Source: an uncultured Planctomycetaceae bacterium (lineage in GTDB: Bacteria > Planctomycetota > Phycisphaerae > SM23-33). From it: a stretch of DNA of 64,000 nt. The notes beneath the pieces were generated by a model. It was not told the DNA's origin. It ran no database searches and worked only from the letters and a program-made list of their open reading frames with translations. Position numbers and translations under genes: made by a program. Below, in pieces: positions 20,340 through 29,261 of the stretch (position 1 is its first letter; the number at the start of each line of letters is the position of its first letter). The stretch covers positions 11,379 through 75,378 of the forward strand of contig CAZOVB010000009.1 of NCBI GenBank assembly GCA_964583095.1. Reading direction: 5' to 3'.

Positions 20340-23300
20340 TCAGTCGAGCTTCTCCATCGCTCCGGCGTCGCGCTGATTGCGGGGCTCGTTGCCGGCCAGG
20401 TCGCGAAGGGCCGGGCCGTCCGTCTGCCACGCGTAGAGCTCTTCGATGGTTGTCCTCGCATCGGCAAGCGTGCCGTGGCATACGCGAAGGAAGTCGATAT
20501 CACCTTCAAAGGCGTCCATTCCGGTGCTCTTGGCCACGAGGAAATCAGCGGGGTTGTCCAGAGAGACGTCCGCTTTGAGCGGGGCCTTGGATTCGCCGTC
20601 CTTCTTGCCGTCGACGTAGATGGTCATCCAGCCTGTCTCGCGATCGACCTCGGCCAGCACGTGATGCCACTTGCCGTCGGCGACCTTTGCCTTGGAAACG
20701 ACCGAGGCGTCCCGGCCGTTTGCGGCGATTTCCAGCACGGCCTTTCCGGAATCATTCACGCAGAGCCTGTACCCGCTCTTGCCGTCGTACTTACCCATGA
20801 CGGCGCCTTGACCTTCGGTGCGGAATATGGCTTCGAGCAAGAGATTCTCGGTCGAGATGGCCAACGTTCTGCGCTTGCCTCCGGGGAAGACGAACTTTGC
20901 ATCCTTGGCAAAGACCGGATTCTTCTCGTTGCCGCCGATCGGATCGGGGATCTGCCAGAGCGGGCCCGCCGGCACATCGCGTGGCTTGCCGAAGGTGCCA
21001 TCGGGCTTGGCAGGCCAGACCGGAAGCTCGATATCCGCCCGAAGATGATCGTCGCTGACCGAGGCATACCGGGCCGAATCGAAACGGACCGCTCCCTTGA
21101 CCCAGTTCTCCGAGGGGCTCGATACATAGTCGCCCAGTGAGCCGTTGCTGAGGGTCAGGTCGGCCGTCGGAACGAATTCATACATCATCCGATGGTAGTG
21201 CGGTTCGGCCATGTACCAGGAGTAATCGATGACGGACTTCGGGTCGGCGTGGTTCTCCGTGAACTGCCATTCCCCGACCGTGCCGTAAAGCATCCAGGGG
21301 ATGAAGTAGCGGACGCCTTTGTCCACGGCCATGGAGTCGGACGAGGGGCGGAAGTCCACTTCGCCGATCTCTTGGATCGCAGCAGGACTGCCCTTGCCGA
21401 TAATGGGGTTCTTCTGCGTCTGCCAACCCAACTGCCCGAGCCGGATGGGGAAACCCTTCATGTCCTCGGCCAGTTCTTCGATGGTCTCGGCCTCAACACC
21501 GGGCGAATCGGGCCCGAAACGACCGGGCTTGAGCAGACGACCGGCGGTGGCCCTGCCGTGGAATACGTTGTGGCCGAAGGCCAGCGTCGGTACACCCCGC
21601 CGGCCCGAATCCCCGGTATCGCCGCCGCCGATCAGCGACGGATCGCCGGTGCGGTCATTGGCGATGAACTTGCCGATGGGCTGGCCTTCCTTGCTGACGG
21701 TTCCGACCTCCGAGAACACATTGCCCAGCACGTCGTTTCGGTGTCCCGCACTGCCGCCCACACCCGAACCGGTCCGATAGAAGGTGTTCTGGACCAGGTG
21801 GTTCAGGAAGCCGAAGACCATGAAGTAGCCCGGAGTTTTGGTGGCGTACTTGTCGCGGCTCAGGTCGTTGGAACGCGCCCAGATGATATTGTTGAACGAG
21901 TAGATCTTGTACGCACCGTCCAGGTAGAGCGGGTAGCTCAGGTTGGTCGGAGGCGTGCGGAACCAGCTGATGCCCCCCGGCATCACGCCGGGAGAGTTGC
22001 CGATGTTATTGTTGAAGCAGTAAATCGCCCCGCCCTGCCAGAGCGACATCCCGCCGTAATCGTTCACACCCAGGGCGGTATCTGCTGTCTTGTTCTGGAA
22101 GACCAGAATCCGGCCCAGCGGGAAGACATCCACCTTCGTGTGGGAGCGATCGGGATACTTGTAACGACCACCGGCACCGCCGTGCACCATGATGCCGCTG
22201 CCGAAGCTTCGCTGCACAATGTTCCCTGCCACGCAGCCTGTCTGCGGGAATCCCACGTTGATGGCCTGGACGGAACTCTGCACGTTGCTGCGGTGACGCA
22301 TACCGCTGTTGTATACCTTGTTGCGGAGCACCTCGACGGACTTGATAATCCGATTGTTGTGGGTGTCCGAACCGATACGGATCGCGCCGTTGGCGGTGTT
22401 GGTGAACCGGCAGTCGGTAATGCGGAGCCCCTCGGCCCGGCTGCCCCACTTGCCGCCACGCCAGTTGCTCACGCCGTAGCGAACGCCGTCTTCCAACAGG
22501 TCCTTAAAAACGCAGTTTCGGACGGTCACGTCCGTAATGTCTTCCTCGATCCCAACACCGGTCGAGTCGAAGTAGCGGAACTCCAGGCCATTGATGTCGA
22601 TATGGGACTGGCTCTTGATCACGATGCCGCCGGTGACACTGGTCAGTTCGAGCGAAAGCTGATTGGGGTCCTTTCCCTCGAAGGGCAGGTAGAAAAGGTA
22701 TCCTGTCTTGGTGTCGAAGTAGAATTCTTCTTCGGCGTCGAGGTATTGGGGAAGGTTCTCGACCATGTATCGCAGGCCCGGGCGGAAGTCTCCGTAGATG
22801 CCCCCGATGTTCAAAGCGGCCTGCTCGGGATCATACACCTTGTACTCCACGCCGCGCTTGGTGTCCTTGAAGGGGATGTACTTAGGCTTGGGCGTGCCCA
22901 TGAAGTGAGCGTACTGGGGCCAGATGTAACCGCCGATGAACCAGTCCTCGGGGTGGCCCTTGAGGACGTCCTCGTCGATCAGGCCTCCCTGGGCCGGCTT
23001 GCCCTGGGCATTCTTTTCCCGCGTATGGGAAGCCCTGTCCACGATATGCCAGTAGTCCAGCACGAAGTTGTCGTTGCCCATCTGCCAGTCGGGCGTACGG
23101 GCCAGGTGTTGCTGATGGCTGCCCATCTCGTCATCGATCCGGAAGAGCCCCATGTACGGCATGGACACGCCGCGATTGCGGGTCGTGCCGGTCATATCCA
23201 TCTCCAGGCTGTATCGCCCCGTATCCTTGTCCTGCTCCATCAGGGCGATGCCCTTAAGGTCGATCGCCCAGACCTTGCCGATATTCGGAATCCGCTCGGG

Positions 23301-23789
23301 ATGCTCGACCTTCTCGGCCTTGACCCACCTGGCCGGCAGGCGGCGCGTGCCGAATAGATACGCTTCGCCTTCGCCCCAGTAATGGGGAGAACCCTTCTCC
23401 TTGGCCGATGCGGTCAGGCGGATCGGATCCCCCTCCTTGCCCGATTCATCCGGCGAGAGCCCGCCGCGATAGATCACGCCCCGCCGGAAGATATAGGTCG
23501 TCACGCCGGAATACTCCGCGGCCTTGCCGGCAGAATTGCGATCCCACGGATGGTGCTTCCAAGCGGTCTGTTTGGTCTTGCCGTCGGCGTTGTCGTCTCC
23601 GTTCTCGTAATCGATGAACCGCACGACGTCGCCGGCCTGGAATTCAAAGGGCTTGGGCGCCCACTGCATATCGCCCGAGGGGAGGGTTCTGATCTGATCT
23701 TCCTGCCAGGGGTACTTTTCTGCCAGGCCGAGAGTGGCGGCCAGGGCCAGAACCGTCAGAGTTGCGGCAAAAAGGGTTGTTCTCTTCAT
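20340..23789 (-). CDS. Secreted 1149-aa beta-helix / LamG-domain protein, paralog of 9529..13059
   Basis: Signal peptide MKRTTLFAATLTVLALAATLGLAEK. The N-terminal module aligns with the paralog (WAPKPFEFQAGDVVRFIDYENGDDNADGKTKQTAWKHHPWDRNSAGKAA vs WAPQEFKYQPGPTVKYIDFEGGDDSNPGTKAQPWKHHPWDLNAAGNAG). Beta-helix rungs CFNNNIGNSPG, SFNNIIWARS. The LamG end DGKWHHVLAEVDRETGWMTIYVDGKKDG and the C-terminal tail LADARTTIEELYAWQTDGP...RDAGAMEKLD are shared. Confidence 0.85.
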   Translation of the reverse strand: MKRTTLFAATLTVLALAATLGLAEKYPWQEDQIRTLPSGDMQWAPKPFEFQAGDVVRFIDYENGDDNADGKTKQTAWKHHPWDRNSAGKAAEYSGVTTYIFRRGVIYRGGLSPDESGKEGDPIRLTASAKEKGSPHYWGEGEAYLFGTRRLPARWVKAEKVEHPERIPNIGKVWAIDLKGIALMEQDKDTGRYSLEMDMTGTTRNRGVSMPYMGLFRIDDEMGSHQQHLARTPDWQMGNDNFVLDYWHIVDRASHTREKNAQGKPAQGGLIDEDVLKGHPEDWFIGGYIWPQYAHFMGTPKPKYIPFKDTKRGVEYKVYDPEQAALNIGGIYGDFRPGLRYMVENLPQYLDAEEEFYFDTKTGYLFYLPFEGKDPNQLSLELTSVTGGIVIKSQSHIDINGLEFRYFDSTGVGIEEDITDVTVRNCVFKDLLEDGVRYGVSNWRGGKWGSRAEGLRITDCRFTNTANGAIRIGSDTHNNRIIKSVEVLRNKVYNSGMRHRSNVQSSVQAINVGFPQTGCVAGNIVQRSFGSGIMVHGGAGGRYKYPDRSHTKVDVFPLGRILVFQNKTADTALGVNDYGGMSLWQGGAIYCFNNNIGNSPGVMPGGISWFRTPPTNLSYPLYLDGAYKIYSFNNIIWARSNDLSRDKYATKTPGYFMVFGFLNHLVQNTFYRTGSGVGGSAGHRNDVLGNVFSEVGTVSKEGQPIGKFIANDRTGDPSLIGGGDTGDSGRRGVPTLAFGHNVFHGRATAGRLLKPGRFGPDSPGVEAETIEELAEDMKGFPIRLGQLGWQTQKNPIIGKGSPAAIQEIGEVDFRPSSDSMAVDKGVRYFIPWMLYGTVGEWQFTENHADPKSVIDYSWYMAEPHYHRMMYEFVPTADLTLSNGSLGDYVSSPSENWVKGAVRFDSARYASVSDDHLRADIELPVWPAKPDGTFGKPRDVPAGPLWQIPDPIGGNEKNPVFAKDAKFVFPGGKRRTLAISTENLLLEAIFRTEGQGAVMGKYDGKSGYRLCVNDSGKAVLEIAANGRDASVVSKAKVADGKWHHVLAEVDRETGWMTIYVDGKKDGESKAPLKADVSLDNPADFLVAKSTGMDAFEGDIDFLRVCHGTLADARTTIEELYAWQTDGPALRDLAGNEPRNQRDAGAMEKLD

Positions 23790-23867
23790 GGGTCTCTCCA
23801 GGAATTGTTCAAAGGGTTAGACGGTGAATTCCAACATTAAACACCATCAGGCATCGACCTTCCCGGA

Positions 23868-23878
23868 AAAAATGTTAC
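23868..23878 (-). promoter_or_regulatory. Second copy of the conserved 11-mer (gene-sense GTAACATTTTT), its nearest base 79 nt upstream of the ATG
   Basis: See 13140-13150. Identical 11-mer, same orientation and nearly the same offset relative to the paralog start codon. Confidence 0.25.
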
Positions 23879-24133
23879 TTCTGTCCGTATGACCTGAAGT
23901 TCAACCTTTGTCTTCAGGAAAGCACTCTGAATCGCTTTCTCCGCGGAACTCCGCTGCAGAGCTGGCCTTGTCATGGCGACAGAAAAGAGAAACTATGTTT
24001 CATTTTTGTTGCTGTATCTCGTTTGCTTTTCCCGGCCGCTGTTCTTGAGCAGCCACAGAGCCTTGACCGGCGGGCCGGACGGCGGTAGATTCTGGCATCA
24101 TGGCGATTGGGCTCGCCGAAAGAGGCGGTGGTC

Positions 24134-24868
24134 ATGTTTGAAATCGAATCTTCCTACATGCAGTGCCCCCGATGCAGCTACAGGCTTCATGGAAGCCTGA
24201 AACATGGGGAAGCCTTTGCCTGCCCGGGCTGTCGAACCGAATATGATGTGCTGATCGGAGCCCAAGAGGGACAGGCGGCCCTGCTGGAGAAGGTCGAATC
24301 CGAGGCCGTTCTCCCCCTGCACCTGCCACGGGGCAGCGTTCGAGCCCTGATCGCGCTGTCCTTGTTGGGCTCGGCCTGCTTTGTCGCTGTCACGCGGGGC
24401 CAGGTGCCCGAATCCCTTCTTTCCCTTCTGCTGACGATCATCGGCTTCTACTTCGGCTTCCGAAACGCCGCATCGGCCCGCGCCGACAGGGTGCACGATC
24501 CGCATTTTCAGCGGGAAGAGCCTCTCTTCCTGCCGGCAGGTGTCATCCGTAAGCTGATGATCCTGGCCGTGGCAATCATGGGAATCGCCCTGTCCATCCA
24601 AAATCCCTTCTGGGAGAACCAGACGTATCTGAGCTTCTTCTTCTCCATCGCGGGGCTGATCATAGGGCATCTGTTCGAGAAATGGATCAGCCCGGGTTTC
24701 TCCCGCTCGGCCGGGGCAATGTTCAAACACCTCAAGGCCCTGGCGTGCCTGGCTGTTGCCGGCGTGCTGGCCGTACTCTTCGTCTCCGGAGGCCACGAAC
24801 AGACCCCCGGCCTGATCGTATTCCTCCTCTGCGGCGTGGTAAGCTTCTACTACGGATCGAGAAGCTGA
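24134..24868 (+). CDS. Hypothetical membrane protein with N-terminal zinc-ribbon (CxxC...CxxC) and about 5 TM segments
   Basis: MFEIESSYMQCPRCSYRLHGSLKHGEAFACPGCRTEYDV, then hydrophobic segments (ALIALSLLGSACFVAV, LLSLLLTIIGFYFGF, LMILAVAIMGIALSI, LSFFFSIAGLIIGHLF, ALACLAVAGVLAVLFV, LIVFLLCGVVSFYYG). The track start at 24107 is TTG; I prefer the ATG at 24134. Confidence 0.6.
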   Translation: MFEIESSYMQCPRCSYRLHGSLKHGEAFACPGCRTEYDVLIGAQEGQAALLEKVESEAVLPLHLPRGSVRALIALSLLGSACFVAVTRGQVPESLLSLLLTIIGFYFGFRNAASARADRVHDPHFQREEPLFLPAGVIRKLMILAVAIMGIALSIQNPFWENQTYLSFFFSIAGLIIGHLFEKWISPGFSRSAGAMFKHLKALACLAVAGVLAVLFVSGGHEQTPGLIVFLLCGVVSFYYGSRS

Positions 24869-24894
24869 TATCGACTTCTGAATGGAGATTGGAT

Positions 24895-25044
24895 TTGAGC
24901 ATCAACGCAGCAGGCCCCGGCGGACAGTTCGCCGCCTATACTGCAGAGATCTACGACATTTCGAAGGACTACGTCGACGACATCGCCCTGATCCGCGAAT
25001 TGCCCGCAGGCAGTGCGGACCTGGGCACCCCTGTAATATCTTGA
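24895..25044 (+). pseudogene. Possible N-terminal remnant of a class I SAM-dependent methyltransferase (about 49 codons, truncated at motif I)
   Basis: Frame reads (L)SINAAGPGGQFAAYTAEIYDISKDYVDDIALIRELPAGSADLGTPVIS*. The F-A-x-x-Y-D...KDY...L...(L)DLG layout resembles the N-termini of Methyltransf_25/TylM1-like enzymes, but the GxGxG motif is broken and a stop follows. Resemblance only. Confidence 0.2.
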
Positions 25045-25168
25045 GGGGGAAACGCAATTTATTGCAGATCCTTCGTCGCTCATGCGTGTTACACTGTGTA
25101 GACATCCGGTCGTTTTGCATTGGCCGATTCTGTCCGACGCCCAGAATACGAACCGTTTCGGAGCGATT

Positions 25169-26824
25169 ATGAAGACCTGTCTTACCTGCGGACTGATTCT
25201 CCTGCTGACTCTTTCCAGCGCCCAAGCCCAGGAGGTATGGGGCAACGACCCAAGCCACAACATGGTCCTGGACGTGCGGGGGCTGCCTGAAAAGCTGGAT
25301 GATTCCACGCGTCTCTGGCGCTTCGAGCACGGGGCCAGGTACGGCTATCCCATGCCGGCGGTGGTGGACGGCAAGGTCATCTTCGGCACGGGAAAAGGCG
25401 GACTGCTGGACAAGAAGTTCGCAGCCACCAAAACCACCAGCGAGAACAAGAAATACAGTGAGCTCGGCAACGGCGCCGCGGCGATCACCTGCCTGGATCT
25501 GCATACCGGCCAGCCGGTCTGGCAGGTTTTCATCCCTCATTTCACCTACAACCTGAGTTACGGCGTCTGCACGACGCCGGTGGTGGAAGGCGATCGACTC
25601 TACATCCTGGCCAAGGACGAGATCCTCTGTCTGGACGTCGACGGCCTGGCCGACGGCAACCAGGGCATGAGCGAGGAGGAAGAACTGGCGTTTTATACCT
25701 CCGTCCGGAACGAGTTGATGGTTGAGCCCGGTGCGGTGAAAGCCTTGCCGAAACTGGCCGGCGACATCCTCTGGCGTCACCCGGTCTGGCAATACGGCTG
25801 CCAGTACGAAGACGCCACCTCCTGTTCGCCGCTTCTGATCGGCGACCAGCTTTGGGTAAGCACCTCCAGCAAGACCGGCACGGAGAACCACGGCAACGAC
25901 GGGCCGCCCAAGATCCTGGTCATCGACAAGAACACCGGCAAACTCATTGCACGAGACCGCCTGCCTGTTCCGTATGTTTTCCACGGTGAGTGGTCCTCAC
26001 CGAGCCTGATGGAAGTGAACGGCAAGAAGATCGTGATCTTCCCCGACGGCCACGGGCGGATGCACGGCATGGGGATGGTCACTCCTTCCGAAGACGGCAC
26101 GCCGGTGGATATCCCCACCCTCTGGACGGTGGACCTGAATCCCAGCCACTACCGCTACACGTCCGAGCGCAAGGAGATCTGCTACACCGACGACGGTCGT
26201 CTCTTCCACCGGTATCCCAAGGGCTACGCCAAGGACACCGACCGATGGGAGGGTCTGCGAACCCGGGCCGAGCACAAGCTCTTCGGACCGTGCGAGATCA
26301 TCGCCATGCCGACCATCGTGGGCAACCGGATCTATATCGGCCTGGGTCGCGACTGCTATTACAATGACGTCCAGGACGGCGTGGGACGACTGATGTGCTG
26401 GGAAGTCACCGACCCGGCCACCGAGCCCCGGCTTGTCTGGGAGAGCTACGAAGTCAAGCGCACACAGTCGACAGCCTCGGTCAAGGATGGCCTGCTCTAC
26501 CTGGCCGACGTCTCGGGCAAGCTCCACTGCTTCCAGGCCGATACGGGCAAGCAGCTCTGGGCGGCCGACCTGGGCAAGAAGCTCATCCTCCGCTCCCAGA
26601 TGGTCGCCGACGGGCGGATCTACGTCGCCAATGGGCGCCGGATGTTCGTCTACAAGGAAGGCCCCGTCATGGAGAAGATCAGCGAGACGCGCCTGGACGA
26701 AACGCCCTCGACCATCGAAGCCATCGACGGAATGATCCTCTACAACGGCGACCGCGCCGTTGCGGCCTACAAGGGCCCCGTCTACCGAGGCCCCGAAGCC
26801 CAGAAGCCTGCTGCCAACGAGTAG
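25169..26824 (+). CDS. Secreted PQQ-like / BamB-like beta-propeller repeat protein
   Basis: Signal peptide MKTCLTCGLILLLTLSSAQAQE. Propeller blades (AVVDGKVIFGT, VVEGDRLYILAKDEILCLDVDGLADGNQG, VKDGLLYLADVSGKLHCFQADTGKQLWA, VADGRIYVANGRRMFVY). Paralog of 34268..35875. The track ORF starts earlier (25082), but the Met at 25169 gives the signal peptide. Confidence 0.8.
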   Translation: MKTCLTCGLILLLTLSSAQAQEVWGNDPSHNMVLDVRGLPEKLDDSTRLWRFEHGARYGYPMPAVVDGKVIFGTGKGGLLDKKFAATKTTSENKKYSELGNGAAAITCLDLHTGQPVWQVFIPHFTYNLSYGVCTTPVVEGDRLYILAKDEILCLDVDGLADGNQGMSEEEELAFYTSVRNELMVEPGAVKALPKLAGDILWRHPVWQYGCQYEDATSCSPLLIGDQLWVSTSSKTGTENHGNDGPPKILVIDKNTGKLIARDRLPVPYVFHGEWSSPSLMEVNGKKIVIFPDGHGRMHGMGMVTPSEDGTPVDIPTLWTVDLNPSHYRYTSERKEICYTDDGRLFHRYPKGYAKDTDRWEGLRTRAEHKLFGPCEIIAMPTIVGNRIYIGLGRDCYYNDVQDGVGRLMCWEVTDPATEPRLVWESYEVKRTQSTASVKDGLLYLADVSGKLHCFQADTGKQLWAADLGKKLILRSQMVADGRIYVANGRRMFVYKEGPVMEKISETRLDETPSTIEAIDGMILYNGDRAVAAYKGPVYRGPEAQKPAANE

Positions 26825-26857
26825 CCGATATTCCCCGGAAGGGCTGCCCGGCAGGCC

Positions 26858-29149
26858 TCAGGCTCTTCGGACGGTTATTTCCTGCCCGGGGGGCATCGTC
26901 AATTCGAGGACCTCGCCGCTGCGGGGCTGGCCATCCACGAGGACCTGCGCGCCCAGGTGATGGGCCAGGCGCAGCGTGCCCGCGCGTGTGCTCGCGACGC
27001 GGACTTCGATGACGTGCCCGCGTCGGACGGTGGCTCCGATCCGAAAGCCGCCCGGGACGCCCACGTTATCGAAGCGCAGGTTCCGCCATCCCACCGGCAG
27101 CGCCGGCAGCACGTGGACCCCATCGCGTCGAGGCTGAACGAGGATCTCCAGGATGGCCGAGACCGCCCCCAGGGCTGCATCGAGCTGGATGATCTCGTGG
27201 CCCTGGCCCGACCAGGCCTTTTCCGCCGAGCGGTGTTCGAGGATGGAGAGTCCCGGCGCGGCATCATGGTTGGTATTGCCCCCCTCATTGGTGAAGCCCA
27301 CGTCCAGCCAGTGCAGCCAGGACACAGCAGCGGTGGGCCGATTGAATCGGCTGCACAGGATGCTCGCCCACGTCAGGCACCAGCCGGTCCAGTAGCCGGC
27401 CCCGCGGTAGATCCATGCGTCATAGGTGTTCCCGACAATCTCCCTTCGACTCGGGTCCAGCGGATCGACGGTCTCGAAGGGATAGAAGCAGGCCATGTGC
27501 GAATGGTGGCGATGGCTTTCGTTGAGGTCCTCGCCGGCCCAGACGCCGATATGGGACGAGCTTTCCCACCCGCGCCAGACGCGGATCGCCGGCCCCGAGC
27601 CTCCCACGTCGGGTCTTTCGTCGATCAGTGTGTATTCGGGCAAATCGCGCCGGACCTCCTGCCAGCGGGGATCGGCCCCTTCGCCCAGAATTACCGCCGC
27701 TTCCGAGAGCATCTCGACCACGCTGTGCCAGGCGGCCAGTTGGAAGCTCGCGTCGGCGCCCCAGGGCCCCTGCCCGCTGCCGTGGTATTCGGGGCTGACC
27801 GAGACGGGAAGATGCAGGCGGGAGACGCCGTCGGGATCCGTCTTCCGCTCGGACATCGCGTAGTAGCCCTCGAAGGCCCCCACCAGCAGAGGCCAGGCGA
27901 CTTGGCGGAGAATGGATTCGTCGCCGCTGTAGCGGTAGTGCAGCCAGGCGTGGCGGGCCATCCACGCACAGCAGCCATGGTCGATCGTGCCGATCCAGAG
28001 CCCGTCGAACACCTGGCAACGATCGTCTGAGGCATGATGGAGCATCATCGAACCCGGGGCCTGGAAGAACCCCTCGCCGCGATTGCGCATGACGGGCAGC
28101 CACTGCTGCATCATCTTCCAGAGCGGACGGTAGCCCTGATGCAGATTGGTCGCCAGGAGCGGGCGGTACATCATCTGAACGTTGATGTTGGTGTGATAAT
28201 CGTTGCTCCAGGGAGGCAGGGCGTCGTCCTCCATGAAGGGTCCCTGAAGTCCCGAGGCCACCGCTTCCGGCGATGCCCAGGACGTGCACCCCACCAGCCG
28301 GGCCAGCCCGTAGTGGTACATCCGCATCAGCGTCGCGTCGGGCAGGTCCAGTTGAGGCGTTCTGTCGCAGATGTCCGACCAGAAGAGCTCAGACTCGCGT
28401 CGGATCGTCCGGGCCTGGGCATCCAGACGCTCCAGGGCGACCGGGCGCGGATCGTCATCGCTCTGCCTGCCCAGCGCCGTGGCCACCGTGAGCAGACTGC
28501 CCCGCCTTCGGGCTGCTATCGCCAGGGCAGGATCTTCCGGAAGCCGCTGGAGAATCGTGTGCGCCCCGTCAAGCTCGTCAGGACAGTCCACCTCGGCCGG
28601 GGGGACGCTCCACGAGGCAAGCTTTTCACCGATCCATCGCCAGGCGGGGATCAGTTCCATCTCCACCGCCTCGGCCAGGCCGGCGGGAAGCTCGATGCAC
28701 GCGACCTCCTCCCTCGCCGATTGCGTGAGGGTTACAGTCTCGGCTCTGCCGTCCGGTGCTGCCAGGCGGATCTCCATGCTGCCTCGGCTCAGGTCCAGCC
28801 GAGCCGTGTCGGGCACCAGTCCGGCCGGGAAGCGAAGGACAAGCCTTCCGCCCCCGAGTTGGTAGGGCTTCCTGGGCCGCCATGGATCCTTTCCGGCCGG
28901 AGAGGCAAACGCCGCCTTGGCCTTTTCCTGCTGCCCCGCTTCCAGCCAGGCGCGAAGCTGCTGGAACGTGCAGCCGATCTGGGCCGGCATAGCCCCGCGA
29001 TGGTCCCAGAACCCCGCCCGTGCGATGGTGACATTCAGCGTCTCATCTCCCCAGACCATCAAACCCACCACGCCGTTGCCCAGGCAGATGCCTGTCAACG
29101 GACGCGAAAGCGGAAACTCGAACTCAACAACACGGGCCCTTTCGGCCAT
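26858..29149 (-). CDS. Glycoside hydrolase, GH95-like (alpha-L-fucosidase/galactosidase type (alpha/alpha)6 enzyme). No signal peptide seen.
   Basis: N-terminal GH65N_2-like ICLGNGVVGLMVWGDETLNVTIARAGFWDHRG. GH95-like catalytic block WSNDYHTNINVQMMYRPLLATNLHQGYRPLWKMM (compare the W-x-x-D-Y-H-x-N-I-N-x-Q-M-N-Y-W pattern). Confidence 0.7.
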   Translation of the reverse strand: MAERARVVEFEFPLSRPLTGICLGNGVVGLMVWGDETLNVTIARAGFWDHRGAMPAQIGCTFQQLRAWLEAGQQEKAKAAFASPAGKDPWRPRKPYQLGGGRLVLRFPAGLVPDTARLDLSRGSMEIRLAAPDGRAETVTLTQSAREEVACIELPAGLAEAVEMELIPAWRWIGEKLASWSVPPAEVDCPDELDGAHTILQRLPEDPALAIAARRRGSLLTVATALGRQSDDDPRPVALERLDAQARTIRRESELFWSDICDRTPQLDLPDATLMRMYHYGLARLVGCTSWASPEAVASGLQGPFMEDDALPPWSNDYHTNINVQMMYRPLLATNLHQGYRPLWKMMQQWLPVMRNRGEGFFQAPGSMMLHHASDDRCQVFDGLWIGTIDHGCCAWMARHAWLHYRYSGDESILRQVAWPLLVGAFEGYYAMSERKTDPDGVSRLHLPVSVSPEYHGSGQGPWGADASFQLAAWHSVVEMLSEAAVILGEGADPRWQEVRRDLPEYTLIDERPDVGGSGPAIRVWRGWESSSHIGVWAGEDLNESHRHHSHMACFYPFETVDPLDPSRREIVGNTYDAWIYRGAGYWTGWCLTWASILCSRFNRPTAAVSWLHWLDVGFTNEGGNTNHDAAPGLSILEHRSAEKAWSGQGHEIIQLDAALGAVSAILEILVQPRRDGVHVLPALPVGWRNLRFDNVGVPGGFRIGATVRRGHVIEVRVASTRAGTLRLAHHLGAQVLVDGQPRSGEVLELTMPPGQEITVRRA

Positions 29150-29261
29150 GATCGACAGCTCCTTTTCAGAACACTCGCAGAACCTTCATGCATACCCGCT
29201 CGCAGTGGATGCCGCAAGCGGGGAGATCAAATCGGAGTTCAGATGTCCCCTGTCCTGGGGC

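Noticed and set aside
21192-23357. 721-aa plus-strand ORF antisense to the second beta-helix/LamG gene
   Set aside because: Same reasoning as above: a shadow ORF without motifs. The minus-strand product aligns with its paralog.
23894-23902. 9-mer ctgaagttc shared by the upstream regions of both beta-helix/LamG paralogs (also at 13275-13283)
   Set aside because: The offsets to the start codons and to the shared 11-mer differ by more than 100 bp. A single 9-mer match between two spacers is compatible with chance.
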